Part shown: piece by piece, positions 45,924-55,724 of the stretch
Layout of the letters: each line of letters begins with the position of its first letter
How positions within the stretch are numbered: the stretch's first letter is position 1
DNA from: Mycobacteriaceae bacterium
GTDB taxonomy: Bacteria > Actinomycetota > Actinomycetes > Mycobacteriales > Mycobacteriaceae
DNA: 64,000 bases
Assembly: GCA_019245755.1 (NCBI GenBank)
Contig: JAFARC010000011.1
Coordinates: 7,086 to 71,085, forward strand
Direction: 5' to 3'
Notes under the pieces: generated by a model
The model's input: only the letters and a program-made list of their open reading frames with translations
What the model was told of the DNA's origin: nothing
The model's database searches: none
Program-made: the position numbers and the translations under genes

Positions 45924-47356
45924 CAGGCGCGGTAGATCGACTTGACGACCAGATACTCATCGAGCCCTTCGGGGCCCAGTTCCCGGCCGAGCCCGCTTGC
46001 CTTCATCCCGCCGAACGGGGCGCGCATGTCCAGCAGGTAGTTGTTGACCCCGATCGTGCCGGTGCGCACCGAGCGGGCCACATCGGTGGCCCGCTGCTGG
46101 TCGGTCGACCACACGGTGCCGGCCAGGCCGTACTGGCTGGCGTTGGCGATGTCGACCGCGTCGGCGTCGCCGTCGTACGGGATCACCGTCACCACCGGGC
46201 CGAAAATCTCCTCCTGGGCGATGCGGTCGGCGTTGGAGACGTCGGCGAACACGGTCGGCTCGACAAACCAACCCCGCGGCTGGTCCTTCGGAACCGATCC
46301 GCCCGCCACCAGCCGGGCGGCTGAGGACTTGCCCGCCTCGATGTAGCCCAGCACCCGCTCCCGCTGCCGGGAGCTGACCAGGGGGCCGATCTCGGTCGAG
46401 TCCTCGAGCGGGTCGCCGACCGACATGCCGTCGGCCAGCGCGGCGAGCGCGTCGACGATTTCGCCGTAACGCGACCGCGGCGCCAGGATGCGCGAACTCA
46501 CATAGCAGGTCTGCCCATTGTTGACGAACGACTGCGCGCGCAGGCCCTCGATCGTGACGGCAAGGTCCGCGTCGTCGAGGATGATGGCCGCGGACTTGCC
46601 GCCGAGTTCGAGGGTGACCGGCCGGATGAGCCGGCCGCATGCCTCGCCGATCGCCCGGCCCGCCGCGGTGGAACCGGTGAACGCCACCTTGTCGATGCCG
46701 GGATGGGTGACCAGGTACGCACCGGCGGCGGCGTCGCCGGGGACCACGCTCAGCACGCCGGCGGGCAGGCCGGCTTCCAACGCTACCTCACCGAACAGCA
46801 GTGCATCCAAAGCCGTTTCGGGTGCGGCCTTGAGCACCACCGGGCAGCCGGCGGCCAGAGCGGGCGCAATCTTCATTGCCGCCAGCGACTGGGGATAGTT
46901 CCACGGAATGATCGCCCCGACCACACCGACCGGTTCGCGGCGCACGATGGTGTGCCCGATCACGCCGGGCCGGATCTCCTCGGGTTCGAACTGAGTGATC
47001 AACTGGGCGTAGTACTTGATCAGCGCGGCGGGGAACGAGCCGTTTGCGCCGCGCGACAACGAGATCGGCATGCCATTCTCGCGGCTCACCAGTTCGGCCG
47101 CGGTGGCGGCGCGGGATCGCAACGCTGCCGCGAACCGGGTGAGCGCCTCGGCGCGCTCCGCCGCGGAGCTGGCCCGCCAGGCGTTCGCCTCCCCGGAATG
47201 CGCCGCGGCGACCGCGGCGTCGATCTCGTCGTGGCCGGCGCTGGGTCCGTCGCCGAGTGGTTCGCCGGTAGCGGCCTCGATGACCGGAACGGTCCGGCCG
47301 GCCGGCCGGAACCGACCGCCGATGAACAGCTGCGCGGGCGGCGTGGTTGCGGTCAT
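45923..47356 (-). CDS. NAD(P)-dependent aldehyde dehydrogenase
   Basis: ATG at 47356. ELGGKSAAIILDDAD (catalytic Glu), FVNNGQTCYVSSR (catalytic Cys) and FTGSTAAG. Confidence 0.85.
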   Translation of the reverse strand: MTATTPPAQLFIGGRFRPAGRTVPVIEAATGEPLGDGPSAGHDEIDAAVAAAHSGEANAWRASSAAERAEALTRFAAALRSRAATAAELVSRENGMPISLSRGANGSFPAALIKYYAQLITQFEPEEIRPGVIGHTIVRREPVGVVGAIIPWNYPQSLAAMKIAPALAAGCPVVLKAAPETALDALLFGEVALEAGLPAGVLSVVPGDAAAGAYLVTHPGIDKVAFTGSTAAGRAIGEACGRLIRPVTLELGGKSAAIILDDADLAVTIEGLRAQSFVNNGQTCYVSSRILAPRSRYGEIVDALAALADGMSVGDPLEDSTEIGPLVSSRQRERVLGYIEAGKSSAARLVAGGSVPKDQPRGWFVEPTVFADVSNADRIAQEEIFGPVVTVIPYDGDADAVDIANASQYGLAGTVWSTDQQRATDVARSVRTGTIGVNNYLLDMRAPFGGMKASGLGRELGPEGLDEYLVVKSIYRA

Positions 47357-49701
47357 GGCGAACTCCTCGATGGGGCGGGCGGGGATGCGACGAACAGCAC
47401 TCCCTCGGCGATCAGGCGGTCGATTTCGTCGGCGTCGAATGCGAGCAGCTTCTGGCACAGGTCGCGGGTGTGCTCGCCGGGCATCGGCGCGGGACGCAGC
47501 TCGGCGCGGGGAATGTGCCGGTACGGCGCGGGCCCCGTCTCGGCCGGCAGCGGCTTGTCGAAGAGCGGGTGGACCATGTCGGTGTAGAGCCGCCGGTGTC
47601 GCACCTGGGGGTCATCGAGCACGTCGACGGGCCGGTTCATCGGGCCGGCCGGCACCCCGGCCCGTTGCAACGCCGCCGCCAGCGTCGCTCGGTCCAGCGT
47701 GCGGGTCCATGCCGCGACCGCCGGGTCGGCGGGCTGCACCGCCGTCAGCCCCATCGCGGCGGCCAAGGCGCGCCGGTCGTGGTCGTCACGAATCGAGATG
47801 ACGCACCATTCGTCGTCGCCCGCACAGGGATACACGCCGTGGTGGGCGCCGTCGCCGTCGACCGGCAGCCCGGCAGCGCGGGCGGCGTCGGTGACGTAGC
47901 GGGTGTCGAGCTGGTTCACCCCGGCCTCGGCCTGCGAAATGTGCACGTGGCCGCCGGTTCCGGTGCGCTCCCGGCGGATCAGCGCGGCAAGCGCCGCGAT
48001 CGCGGTGATCCTCGCGACCACATGGTCGGGGAAGATCGTCACCGCGTCGAGGAACGCGCCGGTCTCCGGTGACGTCCACAGCCGGGTGATCCCGGTGCCG
48101 GCCCGCACCAGCGGCCCGTACCCCAGCCGGGCGCTCCATGGCCCCCGGTCGCCGAAGGCGCTGCTTTCGGCGAGCACGACGCGTGGGTTGACCTGGCGCA
48201 GCACGTCATACGAAAAGCCGAGCGCGGCAAGGGTGCCCGGCTTGAAATTGGCGAAGACCGCGTCGGCGTCAGCGACGAGGTGACGGAAGATCTCCGCTCC
48301 GGCGGCCCGACGCAGATCCAGCCCGAGCCCGTACTCGTTGCGGTGGGTCCACGCGAAGGTTTCGCTCATCGGCTGGCCGGCCCGGGTCTGGCGCAGCCCG
48401 TCGGGGTACGCCGCGCTCTCCACCTTGATCACTTCGGCACCCAGGTCGGCGAACAACCGGCCGAGTTCGCCGCCGGCCACGATGATCCCGAGATCGAGAA
48501 TCCGCAGGCCGTCGAACGGCCGCCGACCGCGGGCGCCAGCACCGGTGTCCAGCCGCGGCCCGGCATGCCAGCACGGCCCGTGCTGCCCCGGCGCGGGCGC
48601 CGGGCGGCGCAGGCCGGCACGATCGCCGTCGATGACGAACGCGCCCGCCGGCGCGGTGACCTGCACCCCGGGCGCCAGCGTCAGCTGCGTCATCGCGCCC
48701 ACCGTCCGAAAGTGTTCCGAGGACAACGCCTCCGACGGCGTGAGCACGGCGGCGATGGGCACGCCGTAGGACTGGCCGGCAGCCACCAGCTCGTCGCGGG
48801 TCTGGCCGGCGAAGAGCCGCGCGGTCAATGCGCCGATCTGGCGGGAAGCCGAGAACCGGGCGCCGATGGTCTCATATTTCGGGTCCTGAAACTCCTCCGG
48901 CTCGCCCAGCCAGGCGCGCATGCCGTGCCACTGCCGCGGCGACAGCACGCAGATCCGCACGTAGCCGTCCCGGCAGGCGAAAATCGGGTAGACGTCCTGG
49001 TTGGGTGGCCGGCCCCGCCAGCTGTCCGAGAGGCGCTGCCCCGACACCGCCTGCCCCATCGCGCCGAACGGCGGGTCGAGGGCCTGCAGCACCGCTTCGA
49101 AGCGCGCGAAATCGATGTAATCCCCCGCACCGCAACGCAATCTGTTGTAGTAGGCGGCAAGTGCCGCCCACGCCGCCTGAACCGCCGCGGTGGCCGACGC
49201 GATGCCGCCGGGCGGCAGCACCGGCGTTCCGGTCGGTGGTCCGGACCTGGACAGCGCCGTGGACATCGCGTACAGGACGTGGTCGGTGGCCCGCCACGAC
49301 GCGTACGGGCCGGTCGTGCCGAAGTCGGTGACCGACAGCGCGACCAGGTGTCCGAACCGCCGGACCAGCTGCGCGCACGACGCGCCGAACGCCACGGTCC
49401 GGCCCGGAATCCCGCTGTCGACAACGATGTCGGCCCCGGATACCAGTCCCGCGAACGTGCGCCGGTCGGCTTCGTCGCCGGGGTCGAGGGTGGCGCTGCG
49501 CTTGTTCGCGTTGTGCACAGCGAACGCGATACCGACGCCCTGGACGGCGGGCCGTGCGGCGCGGGCCGGACTGCCCGCGGGCGGCTCGACTTTCAGGACA
49601 TCGGCGCCCAGGTCGGCAAACAGGCGGCCGACCGCGTCGGCGTCGCCGTCGGCGAGGTCGAGCACCCGCACGCCGGAAAGCGGCCGTGCAACGTCCAGCA
49701 C
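47353..49701 (-). CDS. Tandem-domain family III (CaiB/BaiF) CoA-transferase (Rv1866-like)
   Basis: There are two copies of the family N-terminal signature: LSGVRVLDLADGDADAVGRLFADLGADVLKVEPP and FDGLRILDLGIIVAGGELGRLFADLGAEVIKVES. Start set at the GTG at 49701 to avoid overlapping the divergent CPBP gene; the ORF maximum is 49779. Confidence 0.8.
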   Translation of the reverse strand: MLDVARPLSGVRVLDLADGDADAVGRLFADLGADVLKVEPPAGSPARAARPAVQGVGIAFAVHNANKRSATLDPGDEADRRTFAGLVSGADIVVDSGIPGRTVAFGASCAQLVRRFGHLVALSVTDFGTTGPYASWRATDHVLYAMSTALSRSGPPTGTPVLPPGGIASATAAVQAAWAALAAYYNRLRCGAGDYIDFARFEAVLQALDPPFGAMGQAVSGQRLSDSWRGRPPNQDVYPIFACRDGYVRICVLSPRQWHGMRAWLGEPEEFQDPKYETIGARFSASRQIGALTARLFAGQTRDELVAAGQSYGVPIAAVLTPSEALSSEHFRTVGAMTQLTLAPGVQVTAPAGAFVIDGDRAGLRRPAPAPGQHGPCWHAGPRLDTGAGARGRRPFDGLRILDLGIIVAGGELGRLFADLGAEVIKVESAAYPDGLRQTRAGQPMSETFAWTHRNEYGLGLDLRRAAGAEIFRHLVADADAVFANFKPGTLAALGFSYDVLRQVNPRVVLAESSAFGDRGPWSARLGYGPLVRAGTGITRLWTSPETGAFLDAVTIFPDHVVARITAIAALAALIRRERTGTGGHVHISQAEAGVNQLDTRYVTDAARAAGLPVDGDGAHHGVYPCAGDDEWCVISIRDDHDRRALAAAMGLTAVQPADPAVAAWTRTLDRATLAAALQRAGVPAGPMNRPVDVLDDPQVRHRRLYTDMVHPLFDKPLPAETGPAPYRHIPRAELRPAPMPGEHTRDLCQKLLAFDADEIDRLIAEGVLFVASPPAPSRSSP

Positions 49702-49745
49702 ACAGGCAAGGGTAGTGGGGTTGCACAGGTAGACTCGGCCGCACC

Positions 49746-50480
49746 ATGACTGATGCCGCGGCGGTCGCGCCACAGCCACGCCGGTTGCGGGTGTACCTCG
49801 ACATCGGTGTGGTCGTCGGGGTCCTGGCGGTGACCAACCTCGTCGCCCACTTCACCACCCCGTGGGCCGGCGTGGCCGTGGTCCCGGCCGCGGCCGTCCT
49901 GTTGGTCCTGCTGGTGCGCTCCCGTGGCCTGGGCTGGTCGGAACTCGGGCTGGGCCGCGACCACTGGAAGTCCGGTCTCGGCTACGCCGCCGTCGCGGTA
50001 GCGGTCGTCGTGACCGTCGTGGCGGCGGGTGCGCTGCTGCCGCTCACCCGGCCGCTATTCCTGAACAACAACTACGCGACGATCTCCGGGGCGCTCGTTG
50101 CGGCGCTGATCGTCATCCCGCTGCAGACCGTGATTCCTGAGGAGCTCGCGTTTCGTGGCGTGCTGCACGCCGCCCTGAGCCGGGCCTGGGGGGTTCGCGG
50201 CGTCGCGGCCGGCGGCTCGCTGTTGTTCGGCCTGTGGCACGTCGCGACGTCGCTGGGCCTGACGAGCAGCAACGTGGGGTTCAGCCAGCTGTTCGGCCGC
50301 GGCGTCGGCGGCGAGGTCGCCGGCGTGCTGCTCGCCGTTGCCGCCACCGCGGTGGCCGGCTTCGTGTTCAGCTGGCTGCGGCGGCGCAGCGGCAGCCTGC
50401 TGGCGCCGATCGCGCTGCACTGGTCGCTCAACGGCCTCGGTGCGCTGACCGCCGCCCTGGTCTGGCAGTTGTCCACATAG
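49746..50480 (+). CDS. CPBP (CAAX/Abi-type) intramembrane glutamic protease family protein
   Basis: Motifs EELAFRG, FGLWH and HWSLN in the canonical order, within a polytopic protein. Confidence 0.8.
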   Translation: MTDAAAVAPQPRRLRVYLDIGVVVGVLAVTNLVAHFTTPWAGVAVVPAAAVLLVLLVRSRGLGWSELGLGRDHWKSGLGYAAVAVAVVVTVVAAGALLPLTRPLFLNNNYATISGALVAALIVIPLQTVIPEELAFRGVLHAALSRAWGVRGVAAGGSLLFGLWHVATSLGLTSSNVGFSQLFGRGVGGEVAGVLLAVAATAVAGFVFSWLRRRSGSLLAPIALHWSLNGLGALTAALVWQLST

Positions 50481-50485
50481 CCCGA

Positions 50486-51256
50486 TCAGTGCCTGGCGCT
50501 CTTCAGCTTGCTGTCCACGAGCTCCTTGGCGATCACCACGACCGGCTTAGCGGACTCCTGCGACAGCCTTGTGAGCAGGGAGAACGCCGCGCCGGGGCCG
50601 ATGTCGTAGCGCTCCATCAGGATGCCCTTCGCCTGGCCGATGATGTCCCGGCTACCCAGCGCGGAGCGGAACTGCCTGCCGCGCTCGACCGCCTCCAGCG
50701 TCAACGCCGCGTGGGTGGCGAGGATGAGACCCAACTTCTCGGCGCCGCGGTCGAAACCTCGCACGCGGTGTGAGTACAGGCTCAGCGCGCCCCAGTTGTG
50801 CAGGTGGGTGTAGAGCTGAAAGCTCAGCATCGACCGCACGGGTGTCTGGGCCACGACGGCCTCGGCGAAGCGCGGCCAGCGGGTTTCCGTGGTCAAATCG
50901 TCCACCCGGACGGTCTGGTTGGTTGTCGTACAGTCCAGCGCCGGACCCTCCAGCAACGCGTCGGTGATCCGATCGATGCTGTGCGGGCAGCTGTCGCCGG
51001 CCGCCGCGGACCGGGAGCCGCGCTTGCCGGAAGTCAGCAGCACGCCGGCTTCGTCGGCCCCGGGAATGTATTCCGGCGCCAGGGCGGCGAATTGTTCCAG
51101 CACCTCTTCGGGGTGCGGTCGTGATTCCGTCTGGACCTGGCGGACCAGGTGGGCGAGCGGAGCGTGCATGCCGCTCTCGGTGATCACCGGCGGGGCGCCG
51201 CCGTGGTCGTATTCGAGAAACTGCGGCTCGTCTCGGCGATAATCCGGTTGACTCAT
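50486..51256 (-). CDS. GAF-ANTAR RNA-binding antitermination-type regulator
   Basis: ATG at 51256. The C-terminal ..LGSRDIIGQAKGILMERYDIGPGAAFSLLTRLSQESAKPV..IAKELV is the ANTAR signature, preceded by a GAF-sized domain. Confidence 0.8.
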   Translation of the reverse strand: MSQPDYRRDEPQFLEYDHGGAPPVITESGMHAPLAHLVRQVQTESRPHPEEVLEQFAALAPEYIPGADEAGVLLTSGKRGSRSAAAGDSCPHSIDRITDALLEGPALDCTTTNQTVRVDDLTTETRWPRFAEAVVAQTPVRSMLSFQLYTHLHNWGALSLYSHRVRGFDRGAEKLGLILATHAALTLEAVERGRQFRSALGSRDIIGQAKGILMERYDIGPGAAFSLLTRLSQESAKPVVVIAKELVDSKLKSARH

Positions 51257-51346
51257 CGGCGAACACCTCCCCGGCTGCCGTCGTGTTCGACCCACTGTTG
51301 ATTCACCGTGGGGCAAATGTTCAAACCCGGCGCATCGCCGCTGACC

Positions 51347-52348
51347 TCACACCAGCAACACCGCCGCGCCGGCGATCCGGCCCTCGGCCAGGTCCGTCAA
51401 GGCCTGGTCGGCGCCGCTCAGCGGGTATTCGGGCGTGCTGACCTCGATGTGGTGTTTCTCGGCGAAACCCAGGAACTCGCGCGCGTCGGCCCGGCTGTTG
51501 GAGGTCACCGAACACAGCTGCCGTTCCTGGAACAGATGCCGCTGGTAGTTCAGCGCCGGGATGTCGCTGAGGTGAATTCCCGCGACGGCCAGCGTGCCGC
51601 CCCGGTCGAGTGCCGCCAGCGCGGGCAGCACCAGCTCGCCAACCGGCGCGAACAGGATCGCCGCGTCCAGCGGCACCGGGGGCGGGTCGGCGGCGCCCTG
51701 AACCGATGCGGCGCCCAATGACAGCGCCAGCTTCCGTGCCGCCTCGCCGCGGGTCATCACGTGAACCTCGGCGCCCTGGGCCAGCGCCACCTGGGCCGTG
51801 ATGTGGGCGCTGCCGCCGAACCCGTACAGGCCGAGCCGGCCTCCGGAGGGCAGCTGCGCGCGCAGCAGCGACCGGTAGCCGATGATGCCCGCGCAGAGCA
51901 GCGGTGCCAGCTCGGCATCGGAGTAGCCGCCGGGCAGATGGTGCGCGAAAGCGGCTGGTACCGTCGCGTATTCGGCGTAGCCCCCGTCGGCGTCCCAGCC
52001 GGTGTAGCGCGACTGCGGGCACAGGTTCTCCTGGCCACGGACACAGAACCGGCAGGTTCCGTCGGTGTGACGCAGCCACGCGATGCCGACCCGGTCGCCG
52101 ACCGAGAACAACTCGCCAGAGTCCGGGCCCAGGTCGAGGACCTCGCCGACGACTTCGTGCCCCGGTATCACGTGGGGCCGATGCACCGGCAAGTCGCCCT
52201 CGGTGACGTGCAGGTCGGTGCGGCAGACGCCGCACGCGCGCACCGCCACCAGCAGCTCGCCGGCCTGGGGACGGGGCGCCTCGGTGGTCACGCGCTCCAG
52301 CGGATGGCTGCTCATCGGGCCGGGCCTGCGCACCCGCCAAGCCGTCAT
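51347..52348 (-). CDS. Zinc-dependent medium-chain alcohol dehydrogenase (by position, likely counterpart of M. tuberculosis adhA)
   Basis: Start at 52348 gives MTAWRV... [16 protein letters not shown] (catalytic Zn), a structural-Zn Cys cluster (..[15 protein letters not shown]..), and GFGGSAH (Rossmann fold). Confidence 0.8.
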   Translation of the reverse strand: MTAWRVRRPGPMSSHPLERVTTEAPRPQAGELLVAVRACGVCRTDLHVTEGDLPVHRPHVIPGHEVVGEVLDLGPDSGELFSVGDRVGIAWLRHTDGTCRFCVRGQENLCPQSRYTGWDADGGYAEYATVPAAFAHHLPGGYSDAELAPLLCAGIIGYRSLLRAQLPSGGRLGLYGFGGSAHITAQVALAQGAEVHVMTRGEAARKLALSLGAASVQGAADPPPVPLDAAILFAPVGELVLPALAALDRGGTLAVAGIHLSDIPALNYQRHLFQERQLCSVTSNSRADAREFLGFAEKHHIEVSTPEYPLSGADQALTDLAEGRIAGAAVLLV

Positions 52349-52523
52349 CGTGCGGTCCGGAACCATGCTGCCATCGTCCCGCGCGCCCGCGGTGCGTGCC
52401 GCTCCGGCCGCCAAGTTGGGACCAAATCCTCTTTACCAGGGCCATTCGGTCCTATGGTGGGGACCCGTTCGATGTCAGCGTGATAGCTGATAGCCACATC
52501 AGGGGGACACAAGGGGCCCGATC

Positions 52524-53537
52524 ATGAACGCTGCTCCACCGGACCAGGAAACCATCCGGGCGGCGCTCGCCTTGGCCATCCGGGCGCCATCGGTGCACAA
52601 CTCGCAACCGTGGCGCTGGCGGGTGGCTGAGCAGACGGTGCAGCTGTACGCCGACCCGGAGCGGCAGCTGGCGCACGCCGACCCCGACCGGCGCGACATG
52701 CTGGTCAGTTGCGGTGTCGCGTTGCAGCACTTCACCGTCGCGCTGGCGGCGCTGGGCTGGCACAGCCACGTCCAGCGGTTCCCGAACCCCGCAGACCCCG
52801 AGCATCTGGCCACCGTGCAGATCGGCAGCCGGGGCACGAGTGAGCAGGACATCGCGCTCGCCGCGGCGATCCCCCGCCGCCGCACCGATCGCCGGTGGTA
52901 CAGCGCCTGGCCGGTGGCCCCCGGCGACCTCGCGCTGATGGCTGCCCGCGCCGCGCGCGCGGGCGTCGCGCTGCGGCGTGTGCCCGGTCCGTTGACCGCG
53001 CTGATGGCCGACGCGGTCCGCGAGCACGCCGCCGACGCGGAGTACCTGACCGAGCTGTCGATTTGGAGTGGGCGATACGACTCGCTGGCCGGCGTACCGG
53101 CCCACAACGCGCCGGCGCCCGACGTCGACGCAGCCATCCCGGCGCGGGCGTTCGCCAACCCGGTGCTGCCGCAGCCGCGCGGTGCCGAGGCGCGCGATGA
53201 CGCCGGCGTGGTCGTGGTGCTGGCCACCGCGACCGACGACGCCGTCGCGCAGTTGCGGGGAGGCGAGGCCGCCGGTGTGGTGTTGCTGACCGCCACGGCG
53301 CTGGGGCTGTCGACCTGCGCGGTGACCGAGCCGCTGGAGATCGAGTCGATCCGCAAGACCGTGCGCGCGACCGTGCTCGCCGACGAGGGCTATCCGCAGA
53401 TGCTGGTGCGGGTCGGATGGGCCCCGGTCAACGCCGACCCGCTGCCTGCGACGCCGCGCCGCCCGCTCGAGGACGTGGTGGAGCAGCTGAACGGGGCCAT
53501 GCCCGCCGGACCAGGCGCAGCCGCCATAGCAGGATGA
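52524..53537 (+). CDS. Acg-family (Rv2032/Rv3131-like) putative nitroreductase
   Basis: N-terminal ..AIRAPSVHNSQPWRWRV.. is the Acg-family hallmark. It is a two-lobed nitroreductase-like protein of 337 aa. Confidence 0.8.
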   Translation: MNAAPPDQETIRAALALAIRAPSVHNSQPWRWRVAEQTVQLYADPERQLAHADPDRRDMLVSCGVALQHFTVALAALGWHSHVQRFPNPADPEHLATVQIGSRGTSEQDIALAAAIPRRRTDRRWYSAWPVAPGDLALMAARAARAGVALRRVPGPLTALMADAVREHAADAEYLTELSIWSGRYDSLAGVPAHNAPAPDVDAAIPARAFANPVLPQPRGAEARDDAGVVVVLATATDDAVAQLRGGEAAGVVLLTATALGLSTCAVTEPLEIESIRKTVRATVLADEGYPQMLVRVGWAPVNADPLPATPRRPLEDVVEQLNGAMPAGPGAAAIAG

Positions 53538-53547
53538 TCGAGCCGAG

Positions 53548-53565
53548 GATCGCGGTCCCGCGATC
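53548..53565. terminator. G/C hairpin (GATCGCGG-tc-CCGCGATC) between the convergent acg-like and apa genes
   Basis: Read directly. It lies 11 bp after the acg-like stop, could serve either convergent transcript, and has no U-tract. Confidence 0.25.
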
Positions 53566-53604
53566 GCGCCGATGACGATGTAGCCGGTCAGGCCGGACGC
53601 CCGA

Positions 53605-54561
53605 TCACGACGGCGGCATCATCTCCGGGTTCGGCGCGACCGGCACCGGCACGCCGACCGGCGCGGGTTGGCCGGGCCCCGGCGGGGCACCGGGAGCGGG
53701 TGGCGCGCCCGGTGCGCCCGGCGGTGGTGCCTCCGGTGGCGGCGGCGGTGTGTAGGGCCGGATCGACTGGGCCAGGGTCTTCGCCGCGGCCTTGTCCACC
53801 GGGTTGCTGGCGGTGCCGAGCCAGACGACGAACCAGCGGTTGGTCTGCGCCGGCTGGTTGCCCTGGCGCGGGGTGGTGGAGCCCAGCGCCGCGGCCCAGA
53901 TCTGGCCATTGGGCTTGTTTGTGTCGGTGAACTTCACCTCGTAGTACGACGCGGCGCCGGGTATGCCGTTCGCGTCGAGCGGGACGGTCTCCTGGTTGAT
54001 CCGGGTGCCGGGGAACGGCATGTAGAACTCGCCCATGTCGGAGGCCAACCGGATGGCGGCCTTGGTGTTGTCCGGCTCGGCTCCCGCGAACAGCTTCAGG
54101 TCCAGCCGGCCCATCAGGATGCTGGTGTCCGTCGGGACCTGGCCACCCTGGGTGGCCGGCGCCTTGGTCAGCAGCGCCTGGCCATAACTGATCTTCGATG
54201 CGTCACCGACCGTCCAACCGGGCGGCAGGTCGTAGCTGAAGCCACCGGCCGCGACGTTCACCCGGTTGGGATCGGGCGGCGGCGGCGGTGGGGCGTTCGA
54301 ATCCGCGGCCGGCGGGGGTGGCGCGTTCGGGTCCACCGGGGGCGGCGGCGCGGTGTTCGGATCGCCAGGCGGCGGGGCGGCGTCGGGGCCGCCCGGCGGC
54401 GGGGCTGGCGTGGTGGTGCCAGGCGGCGGTGCCGGCACCGGGTCGGCGTAGGCGATCGTGGCGGGCAAAGTCAGCGCCGCCGCTGTCGCACCCGCAGCCG
54501 CCGTCATCGCCAGTTTTGTCCACCGGGCCTTACGGTCTGTGGTCTCGTCCGGCTGTCGCAT
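53605..54561 (-). CDS. apa: Alanine/proline-rich secreted glycoprotein Apa (45/47-kDa antigen, FAP; ModD)
   Basis: Signal peptide ..ATIAYA/DP. Pro-rich DPN-APPPP repeats, then ..[45 protein letters not shown]... The position next to modC is as in M. tuberculosis. Confidence 0.85.
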   Translation of the reverse strand: MRQPDETTDRKARWTKLAMTAAAGATAAALTLPATIAYADPVPAPPPGTTTPAPPPGGPDAAPPPGDPNTAPPPPVDPNAPPPPAADSNAPPPPPPDPNRVNVAAGGFSYDLPPGWTVGDASKISYGQALLTKAPATQGGQVPTDTSILMGRLDLKLFAGAEPDNTKAAIRLASDMGEFYMPFPGTRINQETVPLDANGIPGAASYYEVKFTDTNKPNGQIWAAALGSTTPRQGNQPAQTNRWFVVWLGTASNPVDKAAAKTLAQSIRPYTPPPPPEAPPPGAPGAPPAPGAPPGPGQPAPVGVPVPVAPNPEMMPPS

Positions 54562-54632
54562 GACGACGAAACTACCGTGTTACCGCCGTGACGCAAGTGC
54601 GCTCTGCTGACAAAGTGACATGAGAAATGCCC

Positions 54633-55724
54633 TTAGAATGCTGCGCCTCCCGCGGCCGGATAGATCGCGACTTCCTGGGCCTTCACGGCGAAGAACAGCC
54701 GGTCGCCCGGGGCCAGGCGGAGCTCGGCGGCGGCCTCGGCCGTGATATCGGCCGCCAGCCCGGGAGCGCCGTCGGTCTGGTCCTCGGCCCGCACCCGGAT
54801 GCCCGGCCCGCGGCCGTCCAGCGCGGCCACGGTGATCCCGACGCAGTTGCGGGGGCTGCCGTGCGGAACGTCGCGGTACACCGCGACGGCGGCCGGGCGG
54901 AACACCGCCACCGCGGCTGTGCCCACCGCGGGGGCCTCGCTGGTGCCGTGCCAGCGGGTTCCGCCCGCGGCCAGCAGGGCACCGTCGGCGCCGGTCGTGC
55001 CGGTGACCAGGTTGACGCCGGCGAACCTGGCGGCGAAGTGGCTGCGGGGGGCCGCGAGTACCCGGCTGGCCGGCCCGTCCTCCACCACCCGGCCCGATTC
55101 GAGCACGAGCACCCGGTCGGCCAGCGACAGCACGTCCAGCAGCTCATGGGTGACCAGCAGCGCGGCACGGCCGTCGTGGGCCAGCACGCCGCGCAGCAGC
55201 TTGCGGATCGCGGCGGCCGCCGCGATGTCCAGGCCGGCCAGCGGCTCATCGAGCAGCAACACGTCCGGCTCGGCGGCCAGCGCCCGGGCAATCGCCACCC
55301 GCTGCGCCTGTCCACCGGAAAGCTGCCGCGGCGAGCGGTCGGCCAGCTCGGCGGCGTCCACCCGCTCCAGCCAGTGCCGGGCGGCCTCGCGGGCGGGCCG
55401 CCGGCCACGGCCGAGGCTGCGCGGCGCGAACGCGACATTGGCGGCGACCGACAGGTGCGGGAACAGCAGCGGATCCTGCAATAGCAGGCCGACCCGGCGG
55501 GCGTGGCTGGGCACGAACACCCCGGTGCCGGTGTCGGTGAGCACGGTGGACCCCGACCGGACCGTGCCGCGGTCGGGCCGCACCAAACCGGCGATCACGT
55601 GCAGCGCCGTCGACTTGCCGGCCCCGTTGGGACCCAGCACCGCGACGACCTCACCCGCGGCCACGTCGAACGCCACATCGAAGCCGCGGTCGGCGACCGC
55701 CGCGCGCAGCGCCAGCCCGGTCAT
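54633..55724 (-). CDS. modC: Molybdate ABC transporter ATP-binding protein with C-terminal TOBE/Mop domain
   Basis: ATG at 55724. Walker [10 protein letters not shown], signature LSGGQAQRV and Walker B LLLDEP. The start overlaps the modB stop (ATGA). Confidence 0.85.
   Translation of the reverse strand: MTGLALRAAVADRGFDVAFDVAAGEVVAVLGPNGAGKSTALHVIAGLVRPDRGTVRSGSTVLTDTGTGVFVPSHARRVGLLLQDPLLFPHLSVAANVAFAPRSLGRGRRPAREAARHWLERVDAAELADRSPRQLSGGQAQRVAIARALAAEPDVLLLDEPLAGLDIAAAAAIRKLLRGVLAHDGRAALLVTHELLDVLSLADRVLVLESGRVVEDGPASRVLAAPRSHFAARFAGVNLVTGTTGADGALLAAGGTRWHGTSEAPAVGTAAVAVFRPAAVAVYRDVPHGSPRNCVGITVAALDGRGPGIRVRAEDQTDGAPGLAADITAEAAAELRLAPGDRLFFAVKAQEVAIYPAAGGAAF

Noticed and set aside
51257-51346. 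Leader of the GAF-ANTAR gene, examined for a dual hexaloop ANTAR target
   Set aside because: I found only small stems with 3-4-nt or 12-nt loops, and no pair of hexaloop hairpins. I cannot support an RNA feature call without a covariance-model search.
54295-54304. GTTCGAATCC, a tRNA T-arm-like decamer
   Set aside because: It lies inside the apa coding sequence (Pro/Ala repeat region). No acceptor, D or anticodon arms can be drawn around it. I saw no tRNA anywhere in the window.
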